From: a virus | Lineage: Duplodnaviria > Caudoviricetes | Length of the DNA stretch: 26,058 bases | Reading direction: 5' to 3' (one strand) | IMG/VR virus record: IMGVR_UViG_3300049846_002553 | Span: 1-26,058 of that record | Shown: one piece after another, positions 23,624 to 26,058 of the stretch | Position numbering within the stretch: position 1 is the stretch's first letter | Layout: each line of letters begins with the position of its first letter | Notes under the pieces: model-generated | Database searches by the model: none | Told to the model about the DNA's origin: nothing | What the model saw: only the letters and a program-made list of their open reading frames with translations | Made by a program: the position numbers and the translations under genes

Positions 23624-24017
23624 GGCGCCCTGTAGGCAAATCTGCCAGCAACACGGCTGGCTTGTCGAATTCTGAAGCCGCCTTGTACTTTCTCCATATC
23701 TCAGCCATGTGTGCCTCGCCGTCCGTAACAACCGCAAAGCAGCCCTGCTTGATTTTTCTGACCAAGAACTCCCTTTGGTGCCTTTGTTGATTTATCGCAG
23801 CCCTGCGCCCACGCGCCTTGAGCTCAATCCAAACAGATATGGGTCCGTAGTTTCCGATCAGGTCTGGCAAAGATTCGCTGGCCTGTCTGCGCAGATATCG
23901 CCCGGCCATCGGGTTCCAAACCGCCGCCGTGTCCACGACAGACAAATCAAAGCCGACTCGATTCGCCCAGCCCAGAACTTCTAACTCGACCAATTTCTCC
24001 GGTCCTGTATTTCTCAT
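23574..24017 (-). CDS. VRR-NUC-like PD-(D/E)XK nuclease
   Basis: PEKLVE, SLPDLIG, WIELK, HQREFL..KIKQGCFAVV; AGGAG SD. Confidence 0.75.
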   Translation of the reverse strand: MRNTGPEKLVELEVLGWANRVGFDLSVVDTAAVWNPMAGRYLRRQASESLPDLIGNYGPISVWIELKARGRRAAINQQRHQREFLVRKIKQGCFAVVTDGEAHMAEIWRKYKAASEFDKPAVLLADLPTGRLTSLSVHPGTVPAKRR

Positions 24018-24051
24018 TGACCTGAACTCCTGGTATGATTAATTTAATACT

Positions 24052-24363
24052 ATGTCAGAAATTAATGCAACATTCCAGAAAATCAAATCGCTTCCATGTT
24101 TGGTTTGCCAAGGCAGGTCGGTTGATGTAGCGCACATCAAGTCGCGCGGCTCCGGTGGTGGCGACGAAGAGTGGAACCTAATGCCTCTTTGCAGAACACA
24201 CCACACTGAGCAGCACAAGATTGGCGTGATCACTTTCACACAGAAGTACATTGGTGTTGCGTCTTACCTTTACGATCATGGATGGTTTGTTTCCGCCGGA
24301 AAGTTAATCAATGAACGACACGTCACAAGAGAAAGCATTCCAGACGACAGAGGAATCAACTGA
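24052..24363 (+). CDS. Small HNH-type nuclease (DUF968-like)
   Basis: LPCLVC..DVAHIKSRGSGGGD..NLMPLCRTHHTEQH.IG. Confidence 0.85.
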   Translation: MSEINATFQKIKSLPCLVCQGRSVDVAHIKSRGSGGGDEEWNLMPLCRTHHTEQHKIGVITFTQKYIGVASYLYDHGWFVSAGKLINERHVTRESIPDDRGIN

Positions 24364-24529
24364 CGATTTCAAGGTCGTAGAACTGTTCAAGTGTCGACAC
24401 GACCTCATTGAAATTCCAAATGAAAATATTCATTCACAAGCAGGTATGACGTTCACAATTCCAGAATCAATTTGGCGTTGTTCATCTTGTGGGACAAGAT
24501 TTTCTCTCCGTAAACTGGACCAAAAGTAG
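24311..24529 (+). CDS. Small zinc-ribbon protein
   Basis: CRH...WRCSSCG. Confidence 0.55.
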   Translation: MNDTSQEKAFQTTEESTDDFKVVELFKCRHDLIEIPNENIHSQAGMTFTIPESIWRCSSCGTRFSLRKLDQK

Positions 24530-24583
24530 GCAATCTGCTGATATAAAATGATATCATCTGTCACCGGTATTATAATACACGTC

Positions 24584-24946
24584 ATGACAGATCAGCAGAT
24601 GATCATTTTACTTGGCGGCGTGGTTTCTTTTTTGATATCAATCATCGGCTATTTCCTGCATCGACTGATTTCAGGGATTGACGATAGCGTGAAAGATCTC
24701 AAGGAAGAGATCTGCAAGGATTACAATATTCTCACAAATCACGTCGATAAATTGAAATATGAAATATCCGCTCTTGAGAAAACAGTTTCCAACTCAGGTG
24801 TGACGATAAACTACATTCAAAAGAAGATGGACGAGCTCCAGAAGACTTCGGACCTTGTCGCTTCAATTTCAAATCGACTCGTAGCTACCGAAACAAAACT
24901 CGATAACCTCGGGAAGATAATATTCGTTGGACAAAAAAAGCAATGA
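24584..24946 (+). CDS. Single-TM coiled-coil protein, holin-like
   Basis: IILLGGVVSFLISIIGYFL TM then coiled coil; abuts the endolysin. Likely start ATG 24584 (track start 24548). Confidence 0.55.
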   Translation: MTDQQMIILLGGVVSFLISIIGYFLHRLISGIDDSVKDLKEEICKDYNILTNHVDKLKYEISALEKTVSNSGVTINYIQKKMDELQKTSDLVASISNRLVATETKLDNLGKIIFVGQKKQ

Positions 24947-24947
24947 G

Positions 24948-25469
24948 TTAGGCCCAGGGGATAAGGAATCCGAGCAATTTCATTTCGCCAGCACCGTCCA
25001 TAGTCCTGGGCTTCTCGAATACCCCATCACCTTCCCTGATAATACCATCCCCCGGACCCGTGTTTCCTTCTATGCTTAGAAACTTTCTTGAACTTGGAAT
25101 AACCGACGAAACAATTCCGCAATGGCCCATTGCTGTTTTCCCGTATTGCCAAATGGCGACGGATCCAGGAACTGGTAAATTGGATCTGCATTCCCTAGGG
25201 GTTTTATGCCAAACCGTAAAGCAATGCTCGCTCTTAAATATTCTAGAAAAGGAAGCCTCGCCGCCGACTTCGTAAAACACCTTATCAACCCAAGCAATTT
25301 GAGATTGAACGTAACACATACACCAACTCTCTTTGACGGCTTTGGCGTCGACCGTTTTCTGCCACATCTCGATCAACTGACCTTTGTTGTCGCCGCCAAC
25401 TTCTTTCATTCCGATCCAACGCCGAGCCTCTGCAATCAAAAATGGAGCCTTAAAGTCTTTATGAAACAT
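24948..25469 (-). CDS. CHAP-domain endolysin/peptidoglycan hydrolase
   Basis: IGMKE.GGDNKG, SWCMCYV (Cys), PGSVAIW, GHCGIV (His), SIEGNT. Confidence 0.85.
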   Translation of the reverse strand: MFHKDFKAPFLIAEARRWIGMKEVGGDNKGQLIEMWQKTVDAKAVKESWCMCYVQSQIAWVDKVFYEVGGEASFSRIFKSEHCFTVWHKTPRECRSNLPVPGSVAIWQYGKTAMGHCGIVSSVIPSSRKFLSIEGNTGPGDGIIREGDGVFEKPRTMDGAGEMKLLGFLIPWA

Positions 25470-25471
25470 TC

Positions 25472-25915
25472 TTACAGTCCATTGTTTGGAGATTTATAGA
25501 TGACCTCTTGACAGAAAGTTCTCAGGCTTCCGTTGGAAGTTGTGACGGTCTTAACAACCCTCATTCCCGGAAACAACTTAATGAACGGTGAATAGCTTGA
25601 TGGTGTTATATGTTCGCCGTAACCAGACAAGCTAGCTTCGGTCGTCTCAACCAGTCTTGCGACCTGAGCCCCGGACAGCACACCAGTCCTTGTTCCGATC
25701 GTAAATAGATCTCTCCAGACGCCAGATAAAGAATCAAACACTTGAACTTTCACCGTTAGATTTACGGTTGAGCTTGTGTTGATTGAAAAATATCCAAACT
25801 TAAAAAGCTTATAGGTTCCTGCGGACGGGTCGGAGCCAATAACAATATCAGTTCCTATAGTGTCGTTTGTGTTTTGATAAACTGTCTGCTGAATCGCCTT
25901 TGAGAAAGTGCTCAT
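25472..25915 (-). CDS. Putative virion/tail-associated protein
   Basis: 147 aa, Ser/Thr-rich beta composition; GAGG SD. Confidence 0.65.
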   Translation of the reverse strand: MSTFSKAIQQTVYQNTNDTIGTDIVIGSDPSAGTYKLFKFGYFSINTSSTVNLTVKVQVFDSLSGVWRDLFTIGTRTGVLSGAQVARLVETTEASLSGYGEHITPSSYSPFIKLFPGMRVVKTVTTSNGSLRTFCQEVIYKSPNNGL

Positions 25916-25917
25916 TT

Positions 25918-26058
25918 TTACCTCGGCCTAAATGCGATGCCAATTCCGCAGCCTTCACCATCGGTGATCGCTTGAAGAATATCTAATCGCAGTTGATCAT
26001 TTGCATCGAATGTAGTTTTTGATAACACAGGAGCTGTAAATCCGGATTTTGATTGCCC
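25918..26058 (-). CDS. 3' end of a probable tail/virion protein
   Basis: Open frame from the edge: GQSKSGFTAPVLSKTTFDANDQLRLDILQAITDGEGCGIGIAFRPR*. Confidence 0.6.
   Translation of the reverse strand, partial: GQSKSGFTAPVLSKTTFDANDQLRLDILQAITDGEGCGIGIAFRPR

Noticed and set aside
1-26058. Integrase, att site, CI-type repressor, reverse transcriptase/DGR, DNA methyltransferase, host assignment
   Set aside because: No supporting motifs seen; lifestyle and host cannot be determined from this window.

Overview
A 26-kb piece of a tailed dsDNA phage (Caudoviricetes-type) genome, mostly on the minus strand. Read right to left, it holds the end of a tail/virion gene block and a CHAP endolysin, then a plus-strand island (holin-like gene, HNH, ribbon-helix-helix regulator, small ORFs). 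Next comes a DNA-modification operon (frameshifted ParB-like gene, TET/JBP 2OG-Fe(II) dioxygenase, GT-A glycosyltransferase), followed by a replication initiator with iteron-like repeats, a helicase-loader-like gene and a RecE-like nuclease. An accessory region follows (dual-coding ORFs, pentapeptide-repeat protein, HNH-AP2), then RecT, TerS, TerL, a portal fused to a Mu gpF-like domain, and putative decoration/fibre genes. The most notable signal is a non-coding hairpin plus a phased RGY-NN pentamer tract (14055-14127) directly upstream of a truncated RAMP/Cas7-like gene, resembling a (relic) VIPR-type guide-RNA system. Also notable are the TET+glycosyltransferase base-hypermodification module and two unannotated structured-RNA candidates (10167-10295 minus; about 19632-19703 plus). 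No integrase, tRNA, rRNA or CRISPR array was seen. All family calls come from motif recognition by eye; no database search was run.
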